DNA of 50,066 nt, taken from positions 1 to 50,066 of the IMG/VR virus record IMGVR_UViG_3300037419_000163; one strand, given 5' to 3'. How positions within the stretch are numbered: position 1 is the first letter of the stretch; the number at the start of each line of letters is the position of its first letter. This DNA is from a virus. Below the pieces are notes generated by a model. The model had not been told where the DNA came from and searched no databases. It worked only from the letters and a program-made list of their open reading frames with translations. Position numbers and translations under genes: made by a program. Below are positions 1 through 7,642 of the stretch, one piece after another.

Positions 1-127
1 TTTGCAGGCGACCATACAAGTCCGGTATTAGCTCCTGTTGATGTCTTATACCCCAGAACTACATTAGGTGTACAAGGACTTCCGGCATACCAATCCCCTG
101 TTTCTGTAATACTAAGGTCAGTCCCGA
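1..127. repeat. Terminal direct repeat: 1-127 is identical to 49940-50066 (circular-closure overlap or terminal redundancy)
   Basis: Compared both ends base by base. Identity is 127/127 and the match stops at 49939/49940. Confidence 0.95.
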
Positions 128-353
128 AAAAGAGTATGGCGTATGTTTCAGTACACCAAGCATTGTTCTTAAAATACTCTTTTCTCCACATGTAAGGTAC
201 CCCAGCCTTCCCCAAGTCCATATAGCCTGTGTAGATGCTTTGTAGGCCGTTTGTGGGGCTTTTCTGAAGGGTATATCGAGTATTAATGTTTCCTGTTACT
301 TTGTTTAAAGTTACTATATTATTATTAGGAAAATAGTCCTGCAAATTAATCAT
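1..353 (-). CDS. 5' part of a 276-aa hypothetical tail-module protein that wraps the junction (continues at 49939 down to 49462)
   Basis: ATG at 353-351 overlaps the TAA of the upstream gene (TAATG). I hand-translated 353->1 and then 49939->49462 and found one open frame that joins the listed 49462..49728 ORF. The N-terminus reads MINLQDYFPNNNIVTLNK. Confidence 0.7.
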   Translation of the reverse strand, partial: MINLQDYFPNNNIVTLNKVTGNINTRYTLQKSPTNGLQSIYTGYMDLGKAGVPYMWRKEYFKNNAWCTETYAILFFGTDLSITETGDWYAGSPCTPNVVLGYKTSTGANTGLVWSPA

Positions 354-1396
354 TATCTAACCCTACGTGCTGAGATTGATCCGTAAGCACCACAGGTACT
401 GACGGTAAAGCCTGCTACGGCTACTAAATATATTGTTATTGGTACGGATGTTATAATCCTTACTTTAGGAACTGTATAACCCATAGGAGTAGACCCAGGA
501 ACGAATGCGGCACACCTATGAGAAAATGCAAAACCTGTCATTGTATTACTTGCTGTACTAATAGAACCAAATAACGATGTAATGCTTGTGGTAGCTCCAT
601 AAACAAATTGAACAATTCCATCTACATCCCAATCTCCAGCCGATAGGTCTAGAGTTGTTACGTTTGCACTAACTGCTGAACTTAAATTAACAGCACTCGT
701 AGATAAGATAGTGGAAGATTTATATTCCCCAACACTACCTGCATTCGCATTATTACTGTTTACAGTCCCTTTAATACCTGCTGTTTCTGATAGAGTTAGA
801 AGTCCTCCAATAGTTGTAGCACCTGTAATATTAGCAGTACTACCAACAGTTAAGGTAGAGGAAAGAGCGGCGCTAGTCCCTGTCAAGCCTCCAGACAGTG
901 CTACGGTAGTACCTGTTAAACCTCCTGTAAGAGTTCCCCCAGTTATTGGTAAAGCTAATGTATTTACGTCTGCCCAAGAAGCATTACTACCATCAGTAGT
1001 TAATATTTTACCATCATTACCTGACTGTGCAGGAAGTGCAGCAGATGAGGCTACAACTTGCCACTTACCATCAGAAAGATCAGTTGCGAATACATTAGAA
1101 GTATGTTCTACGATACAGATGTAGCTACTGTTATTACTTTCAACTACATCCCCTACTTGGTAGGTTCTTGAAGCAATCCATGAACCTTCCCAATTAAACC
1201 CTGAAACAGTAATAGGATTTGCCTGATTTAGAATCAGGTTTCCATTCATATCCAGAGGAGCAAGCATCTGATTCGGGCCTGTTCCATCTCTAGATAGAGT
1301 ATTTTCTATTGCATTAGTAATTGCTGTACTATTAGCATTAATCAGGGTAGTAGAAGCAAATCCCGATGTGACACTATTTAAATTAACTTTAGACAT
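353..1396 (-). CDS. Tail fibre / receptor-binding protein
   Basis: 347 aa with a Gly/Thr/Ser-rich repeat tract (ITGGTLTGGLTGTTVALSGGLTGTSAALSSTLTVGSTANITGATTIGG). It sits in the tail module and is start/stop coupled on both sides. Confidence 0.6.
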   Translation of the reverse strand: MSKVNLNSVTSGFASTTLINANSTAITNAIENTLSRDGTGPNQMLAPLDMNGNLILNQANPITVSGFNWEGSWIASRTYQVGDVVESNNSSYICIVEHTSNVFATDLSDGKWQVVASSAALPAQSGNDGKILTTDGSNASWADVNTLALPITGGTLTGGLTGTTVALSGGLTGTSAALSSTLTVGSTANITGATTIGGLLTLSETAGIKGTVNSNNANAGSVGEYKSSTILSTSAVNLSSAVSANVTTLDLSAGDWDVDGIVQFVYGATTSITSLFGSISTASNTMTGFAFSHRCAAFVPGSTPMGYTVPKVRIITSVPITIYLVAVAGFTVSTCGAYGSISARRVR

Positions 1397-1659
1397 TATT
1401 TGGCGGCCCTCTTTTTGCGTAATGCTTCTTTGTGGAGATTAGTATGAGCAGAGACGACTCTAACATTCTTCGGGCTGTTACTGCCTCCTCTAACCAATTC
1501 TTTAATGTGGTCAGCTTGTCTAGGATCACCAACCTTAAGTCCTGCCCTCCTTCTAGCTGTATTTCTTTCTGCACGGTCTTTCGCTCTACTAGGTTTATGT
1601 TTGTGTTCCCAAGCGAGTTCCTTCTTATAATCTCGTTTACCATTAGTCATGAACGGCAT
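1396..1659 (-). CDS. Small basic protein with an HNH-like motif
   Basis: 87 aa. DHIKELVRGGSNSPKNVRVVSAHTNLHKE resembles a DH...N...N/H HNH core. TAATG-type coupling at both ends favours this frame over 1389..1643. Confidence 0.45.
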   Translation of the reverse strand: MPFMTNGKRDYKKELAWEHKHKPSRAKDRAERNTARRRAGLKVGDPRQADHIKELVRGGSNSPKNVRVVSAHTNLHKEALRKKRAAK

Positions 1660-2762
1660 TAGTTTCCCATCCCTGTTAGTGGAAGTCTACTGTTATAAAC
1701 TGATATAACTGTATTAGATTCGATTGGAGAACTTCCACTAAATACAATGCTACCAGTTGGTATAATTAAATGTGTCTTTATTAAAGGAGAAGAACCAGAT
1801 AGGCTAACCCCTCCTGATGGTGTGATTACATATGTATTTGAACCTGTAAAGGTAATTGGAGCAGTCCCACTAAATGTAATACCACCAGAGGGATTTATCG
1901 TAAAGCTCCTAGTACCTACTACTGGACTTGTGCCACTGAATGTGACCCCTCCCGTGGGATTTATAATCTTGGTCTTTATTAAGTTGGTTGTGCCACTTAA
2001 GGTTATTCCCCCAGTGGGGTTAATTGTAAAACTAGAGGCACTAGATGCTGCTACTGTCCACAGCCTTCTAGGCTGTGCCTTAAATAAGGAATTGCCTTTA
2101 CTTCTGTGGTACTCTCTAGACTCTTCAGCACTCCACAAAGCAGAGGTAAAGCCAAGGGATAGTATTGATGCATCCATATCCCATGAATTAGCTGCTGAGT
2201 ACATCCCTATTCTAAAATTCTTATCTCCTGCTACAAATGAAACTGGAGTAGAACTCCAAGTAAGTCCAGAATCGACACCATCGACATATAACTTACAAGA
2301 TGCAGCCGTACCACCTGATACAAAAACTAAACTACGGTTTGTAGTATTAAACCAAGATATTGTTCCAGAAGATTGATTTCCTAATAGCCATACAAAGTTA
2401 CTAGCATCTATTTGATACCAAGTTAAGGGGGAGGATTCAGCTACTAATGGAATATGCCCAAACTGAGAGGCGTTACCTACTCGCGGTGCCCAGAGAAAGA
2501 ATGTCCCAATATTACTATTAAGTTCTGGATATCCTGTATAAGATAGGTAATCATTTGAACCATCAAAGTTAATTATCCTACCATTTACTGAGTCTTGGAG
2601 AGTGGCATTGGAAATGGGCCACTTTCTACCATTAACTAAATCAACTGTGCCTTGTGAGGGGTTGAACAACATTTTCATACCCTTCCCCAGTCCCTGCTTG
2701 TCTAGAGGAGCCGAGTACTGAGGTTGGGTTGTGAATCTATTTGGCAGTATTAGTCCTGCCAT
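1659..2762 (-). CDS. Tail fibre-like protein: lectin/LamG-like N-domain plus about 5 C-terminal peptide repeats
   Basis: 367 aa. NFDGSNDYLSY-type region typical of concanavalin/LamG-like folds. The C-terminus repeats INPTGGITFSGT-like units. Confidence 0.55.
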   Translation of the reverse strand: MAGLILPNRFTTQPQYSAPLDKQGLGKGMKMLFNPSQGTVDLVNGRKWPISNATLQDSVNGRIINFDGSNDYLSYTGYPELNSNIGTFFLWAPRVGNASQFGHIPLVAESSPLTWYQIDASNFVWLLGNQSSGTISWFNTTNRSLVFVSGGTAASCKLYVDGVDSGLTWSSTPVSFVAGDKNFRIGMYSAANSWDMDASILSLGFTSALWSAEESREYHRSKGNSLFKAQPRRLWTVAASSASSFTINPTGGITLSGTTNLIKTKIINPTGGVTFSGTSPVVGTRSFTINPSGGITFSGTAPITFTGSNTYVITPSGGVSLSGSSPLIKTHLIIPTGSIVFSGSSPIESNTVISVYNSRLPLTGMGN

Positions 2763-2764
2763 AT

Positions 2765-3277
2765 TTACACCGTTTGAGCTTGAATACGCTCGTAATGAAA
2801 GTAATGATTCCCAGCAGTAGCGTCAAGAGCAGCTACAGAATCGTGATATACGAAAAGGCCATAAAAAGGTGGCATAGCACCAAAGGCTTGTGCTATACTT
2901 CGAGGTGGCATATACAAATTAAGACCTGTAGTAGCATCTGTGTTACCAGTCCAAAGCCACACCAAAGCACCTATCGCCACATTCTCTGAAGTCATTGTTT
3001 TCGCTGCATCTGTACCAGTAATACCGTCAGGATATGTTGGGGTACCTGATACTATTTTTATAGGAGCATATGCATATACAACTACTTTTTTAGCTGCTGT
3101 CGGGCCTGTCCCTAATTTAACTACCCCACTAACTAGATGATCTAAGTCAAGGTTAGTTGTATTATCGACAGCGGTTGAAGCTCTGCCAGCCCAAGTCGTG
3201 GAGGAGGCTAAAGAAGATACATCACACGTTATTGCTACTGTACTAGTAGCTGGATATTTTGATTTTATATCGGCCAT
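2765..3277 (-). CDS. Hypothetical virion/tail-associated protein
   Basis: 170-aa ORF in the co-directional tail module with tight spacing. Confidence 0.55.
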   Translation of the reverse strand: MADIKSKYPATSTVAITCDVSSLASSTTWAGRASTAVDNTTNLDLDHLVSGVVKLGTGPTAAKKVVVYAYAPIKIVSGTPTYPDGITGTDAAKTMTSENVAIGALVWLWTGNTDATTGLNLYMPPRSIAQAFGAMPPFYGLFVYHDSVAALDATAGNHYFHYERIQAQTV

Positions 3278-3280
3278 GCA

Positions 3281-3580
3281 TTAACTCGCAAAAACGTCTA
3301 TAGCTGCATTAACAGCAGTTTGAACAGTTGCATCACTTGCCCCTATAATTGCAGCCAAGGTAGCAGATTGATTCTGTGCCAACACAGCCCTTTTCATACG
3401 AATAACCTCGATATCTGGATTAGCATAGGCATTTTTAGCCCATACTAAACGATTAGCATGGTTAGTTACTGTATTGCTTTCAGTACGAACCATTTCAGCG
3501 GCGATGTAAACAGCCACACGGAGTTTATTATGTAGGATAGGGTCTTGCTCTGCTTGTAACAATTCTGCGTAAGTAGCCAT
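3281..3580 (-). CDS. Hypothetical protein
   Basis: 99-aa ORF in the co-directional late operon, 1-3 nt from its neighbours. Confidence 0.5.
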   Translation of the reverse strand: MATYAELLQAEQDPILHNKLRVAVYIAAEMVRTESNTVTNHANRLVWAKNAYANPDIEVIRMKRAVLAQNQSATLAAIIGASDATVQTAVNAAIDVFAS

Positions 3581-3581
3581 G

Positions 3582-3980
3582 TTAGTTTGCCGTTATAGTA
3601 GGGGCGATCTTTACGTTATCGCCGTTATTTGCTAAGGTAAAAGGAGCCGAGCCATCTCGCTCAGAATAAAGGAGAATCCCAGAAGTAAGCTGTACGACAA
3701 AGTAACCATAGATACTGTTACTAGTAGCCCCACCATTATGAGTAAAAGTTTGTTGAGCATAGCTATTAGAGCCGCTAGAGGCGGCTACCCATGAAGACCC
3801 TGTTAGAGTAATTGCAGCGTATCCAGAGAAGTCTGCCTCTGTATAAGTAGCAGCAGTATCACTTTCTGCTGGTGTAGTGTTTGATTTAAAGAGTTTGAGA
3901 ACTAGATTCTGAGCAGCAGTCTTATTAACAATCATATCTAGGACTAAATTCTCTCCTACGTCTGGAAAATTAAGAGCCAT
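3582..3980 (-). CDS. Hypothetical virion-associated protein
   Basis: 132-aa ORF. Its start overlaps the upstream stop at 3980. Confidence 0.55.
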   Translation of the reverse strand: MALNFPDVGENLVLDMIVNKTAAQNLVLKLFKSNTTPAESDTAATYTEADFSGYAAITLTGSSWVAASSGSNSYAQQTFTHNGGATSNSIYGYFVVQLTSGILLYSERDGSAPFTLANNGDNVKIAPTITAN

Positions 3981-4273
3981 TATTTATATCCTAGTTTAGA
4001 AGCTTGTTCTTTTGTGAAGTGTCTCCGAGCCTTGGGAATCTCATTAAAAAGGGCTTGACGAAGAGCAAGAATCGGATATAGCTTAGACTGCATGGTATAT
4101 CCATCTTTATCTACAATATGTACTTCTACATCAGTTCCTAGTTTGAATACGATACCTATACCATCAGGAGTCATAACCCACATGTTATTCCTCCATCCAA
4201 TATAATCGATTAAATTAGTTGGAACAATCTTATCTTTTTCTTGTACTTCTTTTTTCTTAAACCAACTGAGCAT
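3980..4273 (-). CDS. Hypothetical protein
   Basis: 97-aa ORF in the late operon. Confidence 0.5.
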   Translation of the reverse strand: MLSWFKKKEVQEKDKIVPTNLIDYIGWRNNMWVMTPDGIGIVFKLGTDVEVHIVDKDGYTMQSKLYPILALRQALFNEIPKARRHFTKEQASKLGYK

Positions 4274-4274
4274 G

Positions 4275-4604
4275 TTATTTCTCTATGTAAGTGATTGTTA
4301 TACCCGTAAATACGGCTGCGGATAAGTTAATGTTTAATGCTTCGCCTATATTGGTAGCACACCATCCGTATTGATGGAATGGTAATACAAACCCTCCGTT
4401 AGCTCCCACAGGCATCGTGCTTGATATTTGAGAGGCATCACTAAGGAATTTGACGTTATTTGCTAAGGTAGTAACAACAGCAAGTGAAAGAACTACAATT
4501 TGTTTTCCTGAAACAGCAGCGACCAGAGCATTGCTACCTAGTGTACTAGTGTCTAGGAAAGCTGTCTTTACTGGTAGATTAGGTATATCATTTACACTAC
4601 GCAC
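4275..4604 (-). CDS. Hypothetical protein
   Basis: 109-aa ORF in the late operon. Confidence 0.5.
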   Translation of the reverse strand: MRSVNDIPNLPVKTAFLDTSTLGSNALVAAVSGKQIVVLSLAVVTTLANNVKFLSDASQISSTMPVGANGGFVLPFHQYGWCATNIGEALNINLSAAVFTGITITYIEK

Positions 4605-4618
4605 AATTTCATCCCTTT

Positions 4619-5851
4619 TTAGTTAGTAAGTAAATCATCAGGGATGTAATATCCAACTCGACCATCTGCAAACATACACGCTGATTGAATCTTACCACTT
4701 CTCAACAACTCCTTAATTATTTCGCGGTAACTTATAATTAAAGTATCTTTAATACCCATAGTGGGATCATCATATTGAAAGTAAAATGTCCTTGCAATTC
4801 CTTTAGCGGCACAGACCATTAGACTGCGGGTTATAAATCGCTGTGCTAGTTCTACTGACATACCACTTACATCTGGGCCAATAGGAGCACTCTCTGTATC
4901 CCAAATCTCTTTACCTGAAACACCTGCTGTAACCATAGCTGCTTTTATAGTATCAATAACATCACATAGATCATTAATGTTATTACCACTTACATACAAG
5001 TGAGCACCAATAATATCTACCCAATCCTTCATGGTAGTTGATCCATCACCGCTTGCAGCAGCCATCATTCCAGTAAAATATTGTTCTGCTGTCCCTCCTC
5101 CTGTTGTGGCCCAAGAGGTTAAAGGAGGACAAACAATCTTAGCAGTTGGGTCTACTGCTTTTATAGCCTGATTTGCTCTCCGTACCATTTCAGAAAGTTT
5201 GGCGAATGTTCCAGTAAAGAACCCGGTTGTATCAGTTGGGCCTGTTCCGTCATTCTTATAGTTTGGTTCATTCCAAATTTCATAATACTTAATCTTACCT
5301 AAATATCTTGTGGCAATGGTTGTACAAAACCTATCCCATTTGGCCATATCAGCCGGTTCAGCAGCAATCCCACGATTATACTGATCTGGATCACCAACTT
5401 GATCCGAATAAGCATTACGTTCAGTAGGCCTTGCCGATGCCCACGTAGGAGTACCAAAGCAGGTAAACAGTAACTCTTTACCCGATCTATAATGAGTGTC
5501 TACCCATAAATCGAGGTCAGTAAAATCCCATACATTATCGCTTGTTTCAATGAACTGCCAACGGGATTTACCATTAGCCATATCATGCGAACGGATAGTA
5601 CCTATTTCTATTTCAGACTGACTATCATTTGCTCGATACTTAATATGACCACCAAAGAATTTCTTACCACATTTTATGATAGAAGTAGTCATCTCTGCTA
5701 CAGCAAGATCGGGAATTGCTGAAGCATTTGCATCAAAGCTAGTAAAATCTCGTTTTACGAAGAATGTAGCACGAGTTCCCACAAAGTGTCCCCCATAATG
5801 ACTGGTGGGATATTCAGGGCACCTTCCATTACTCAGTACGAAGTCAGTCAT
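4619..5851 (-). CDS. Glycoside hydrolase, clan GH-A TIM-barrel type; candidate tail-associated polysaccharide depolymerase
   Basis: 410 aa. YYEIWNEPN matches the NEP acid/base signature of clan GH-A. A downstream IWDTESAP is a candidate nucleophile Glu. It is embedded among tail genes. Confidence 0.6.
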   Translation of the reverse strand: MTDFVLSNGRCPEYPTSHYGGHFVGTRATFFVKRDFTSFDANASAIPDLAVAEMTTSIIKCGKKFFGGHIKYRANDSQSEIEIGTIRSHDMANGKSRWQFIETSDNVWDFTDLDLWVDTHYRSGKELLFTCFGTPTWASARPTERNAYSDQVGDPDQYNRGIAAEPADMAKWDRFCTTIATRYLGKIKYYEIWNEPNYKNDGTGPTDTTGFFTGTFAKLSEMVRRANQAIKAVDPTAKIVCPPLTSWATTGGGTAEQYFTGMMAAASGDGSTTMKDWVDIIGAHLYVSGNNINDLCDVIDTIKAAMVTAGVSGKEIWDTESAPIGPDVSGMSVELAQRFITRSLMVCAAKGIARTFYFQYDDPTMGIKDTLIISYREIIKELLRSGKIQSACMFADGRVGYYIPDDLLTN

Positions 5852-6438
5852 TAAGTGTTACCTGGGTAGTACCAAATAGAATAACCACGTAATATAATCT
5901 TCTCAGTTCCTACAGCACCCACAACATTAGAAGTCCAGCTACATTTGAAATCTATTACAACATCTTGAGTGGTATCTACGCTTGTAGTTGTATCTAAATC
6001 AGATGTACTATAGCTAGTACCATTAAGCATGATTTGAGACGACAGGCTATTTGCATTCTTGATTGCCAACATGAAAGCTGCATTCACATTAGTACTCATG
6101 GTGGGGCCTGTAATCCAATTCCCACCCCAGTCTACTCTTAGGGTTTTAGCATTAGATGAACTCGTACCCTTCCAATCCTGTTCAATGACCAGCTTCCCAT
6201 TATAGTTCATAGTATTACCGGGAAGGGTAACAGAGTAGAGAGTCTGAAATGCAGTATCTGTTGAGTTATCCGAAGACCTAGTTATAGGTGAATAAGATTG
6301 TGAAATAAGAATAGGAACCTTAACTACATTGCCATTAGGAAGAACCAATCCTTCAACTGCACCATTGGTTGATCGCCATACAGCAACTCCATTATAACCA
6401 CCCTTACCTAATCTATCATTTACATCCATCGTACCCAT
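5851..6438 (-). CDS. Hypothetical virion/tail protein
   Basis: 195-aa Ser/Thr/Asn-rich ORF. Its stop overlaps the next start at 5851. Confidence 0.5.
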   Translation of the reverse strand: MGTMDVNDRLGKGGYNGVAVWRSTNGAVEGLVLPNGNVVKVPILISQSYSPITRSSDNSTDTAFQTLYSVTLPGNTMNYNGKLVIEQDWKGTSSSNAKTLRVDWGGNWITGPTMSTNVNAAFMLAIKNANSLSSQIMLNGTSYSTSDLDTTTSVDTTQDVVIDFKCSWTSNVVGAVGTEKIILRGYSIWYYPGNT

Positions 6439-6447
6439 TCTTATCCG

Positions 6448-6975
6448 TTATCCTTTTAGTAGGCGTAAACCAATTCGTTCTATATCACTTTCCAATTCCT
6501 TCTCTACTCCTGCCTCTATACGCTTGGTTCTCTCCAACTCTTCTTTGGAAGGTCTTCCTCGCTTCGCAGCATATCCTCTCTCAGCAATATAACGGGCGGC
6601 AGAAACTCCTGCGGCATCGCCTCTTGACGAGGCTTTAATAACTGACCGGATGGCACTTGCCTTAAGCTTAATGTCAAGTTCCTCTCTCCACTCTGTGAAA
6701 ATTCCACGAAGCTGAGAATTACAAAGCTTAATCCAATGATCCCATGACTTAAAAGTTTCCTGTGCAAATTCATATTCTAAACCCGGAATGTGATCGTAAG
6801 AGAAGTATATCTTCTTCAGAGAAGGATAGGTAACTCCATCTACTTCATAGTCCTCATCCTTTAATGTCCATATAGGTGTGAAAGAGTCTGAACGTTTCTC
6901 GTAGAACAAACTCATGGTACGATAACGTCCATCATTATCTTTAAGAGGATTATTTGTAGGATTACTAAAAGCCAT
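6448..6975 (-). CDS. First gene of the late arm; possible DNA-binding / small-terminase-like protein
   Basis: 175 aa with an AAGGAA RBS upstream. The C-terminal AARYIAERGYAAKRGRPSKEE segment resembles small terminase / HTH proteins. This is a motif impression only. Confidence 0.3.
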   Translation of the reverse strand: MAFSNPTNNPLKDNDGRYRTMSLFYEKRSDSFTPIWTLKDEDYEVDGVTYPSLKKIYFSYDHIPGLEYEFAQETFKSWDHWIKLCNSQLRGIFTEWREELDIKLKASAIRSVIKASSRGDAAGVSAARYIAERGYAAKRGRPSKEELERTKRIEAGVEKELESDIERIGLRLLKG

Positions 6976-7108
6976 TATATTTCCTTCCAGCCATCGGAAC
7001 CGGGAATATTAAGAAACACTGTGTCGTCCTTAGAAGAAGGTGGGGTGTATTTTGATTTAAGAAGGTATGTGATTCACACATAGTCTTCTACCCGTTAGAC
7101 CATATTTA

Positions 7109-7117
7109 TGGTATAAT
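7109..7117 (+). promoter_or_regulatory. Extended -10 element TGGTATAAT
   Basis: Exact TGnTATAAT. No convincing -35. It is followed immediately by the 7122-7145 hairpin. Confidence 0.3.
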
Positions 7118-7121
7118 TTAT

Positions 7122-7150
7122 AAAGAAGGCTTTGTTGCCTTCTTTGTTTA
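7122..7150 (+). terminator. Perfect 9-bp hairpin AAAGAAGGC-tttgtt-GCCTTCTTT followed by a T-rich tail
   Basis: Read directly: 7122-7130 pairs with 7137-7145, then GTTTATTT. Confidence 0.45.
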
Positions 7151-7162
7151 TTTAGATTAGAA

Positions 7163-7182
7163 TGAGATGTTTTATCATCTCA
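7163..7182. promoter_or_regulatory. Hairpin TGAGATG-ttttat-CATCTCA
   Basis: 7-bp perfect stem, lying in the predicted 5' leader of the late (-) transcript. Confidence 0.4.
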
Positions 7183-7196
7183 ATAAAACAAGTAAT

Positions 7197-7205
7197 ATTA
7201 TACCA
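7197..7205 (-). promoter_or_regulatory. Extended -10 element TGGTATAAT on the - strand; candidate late-arm promoter
   Basis: The + strand reads ATTATACCA. It points toward gene 6448..6975. Confidence 0.4.
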
Positions 7206-7364
7206 TATTTTTACTTGTCTTTATAGATTCTGATATTAAATAGATTACATTATGTGAGGTGTCTACCACCGAACAATGCTCATAGTTCCTTTATACTGAA
7301 TGTCTTATGTCCCATATCCCACATTTCTATTAGATTTTATTTAGTTGTAATGCATTCTAAATCA

Positions 7365-7388
7365 ATACCCCCTATCCCCCATTACCCC
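7365..7388. repeat. Three tandem C-rich 8-mers ATACCCCC|TATCCCCC|ATTACCCC
   Basis: Read directly. Confidence 0.8.
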
Positions 7389-7461
7389 ATTAGGACATTA
7401 GGCTAATAAGAATTATTATTATTAGGACAATAGCCTATTGCCAATGAGAATTATTATTATT
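7389..7461. repeat. Iteron-like block: ATTAGGAC x2 (a third copy at 7944-7951), GAATTATTATTATT x2 (7410-7423, 7448-7461), palindrome CAATAGCCTATTG (7428-7440)
   Basis: Exact repeats read directly. Confidence 0.8.
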
Positions 7462-7505
7462 TAAGGTGTAATCAATTCTAATTCTCATTCTCACTTACTA
7501 ATAGC

Positions 7506-7559
7506 AATGATTATCATTACCAATTAGCCAATAGCCATGCGGTTTTCAATTCAATAGCC
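7506..7559. repeat. Palindrome AATGATTATCATT (7506-7518) plus two further CAATAGCC copies (7529-7536, 7552-7559)
   Basis: Read directly. Confidence 0.8.
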
Positions 7560-7591
7560 CATTGAGTAGTTATCCTGAATGCGAGTGCCAG

Positions 7592-7636
7592 GTATTACAA
7601 GTAATTCTTGTAGCATTCTTGTAACACTTGTAATAC
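7592..7636. promoter_or_regulatory. Operator-like array: 11-bp inverted repeat GTATTACAAGT / ACTTGTAATAC with three tandem 11-bp units (ATTCTTGTAGC, ATTCTTGTAAC, ACTTGTAATAC); the third unit is the right arm of the inverted repeat
   Basis: Arms at 7592-7602 and 7626-7636. Tandem units at 7604-7636. The array abuts the 7643-7651 promoter. Confidence 0.55.
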
Positions 7637-7642
7637 GGTATG

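Noticed and set aside
1-127. Biological direct terminal repeat
   Set aside because: An overlap of exactly 127 bp, with an ORF reading cleanly through the join, is more simply explained by circular-contig closure. This is left open for read-level testing.
1389-1643. Alternative 84-aa frame overlapping the HNH-like ORF
   Set aside because: The 1396..1659 frame is start/stop coupled to both neighbours and carries the recognisable motif.
1747-2376. Long antisense ORFs inside recognised genes (for example 711..1124+, 1747..2376+, 13714..14199-, 26814..27263-, 43116..43550+, 43508..44044+, 48209..48631+, and the many ORFs inside 32793..37472)
   Set aside because: Each lies entirely within a longer ORF that has recognisable motifs or operon coupling. 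They lack RBSs and have low-complexity translations typical of the reverse strand of Gly/Thr/Ser-rich genes.
7311-7322. DnaA-box-like TATCCCACA
   Set aside because: It has an extra C relative to TTATCCACA, occurs as a single copy, and is better explained as part of the C-rich repeat family.
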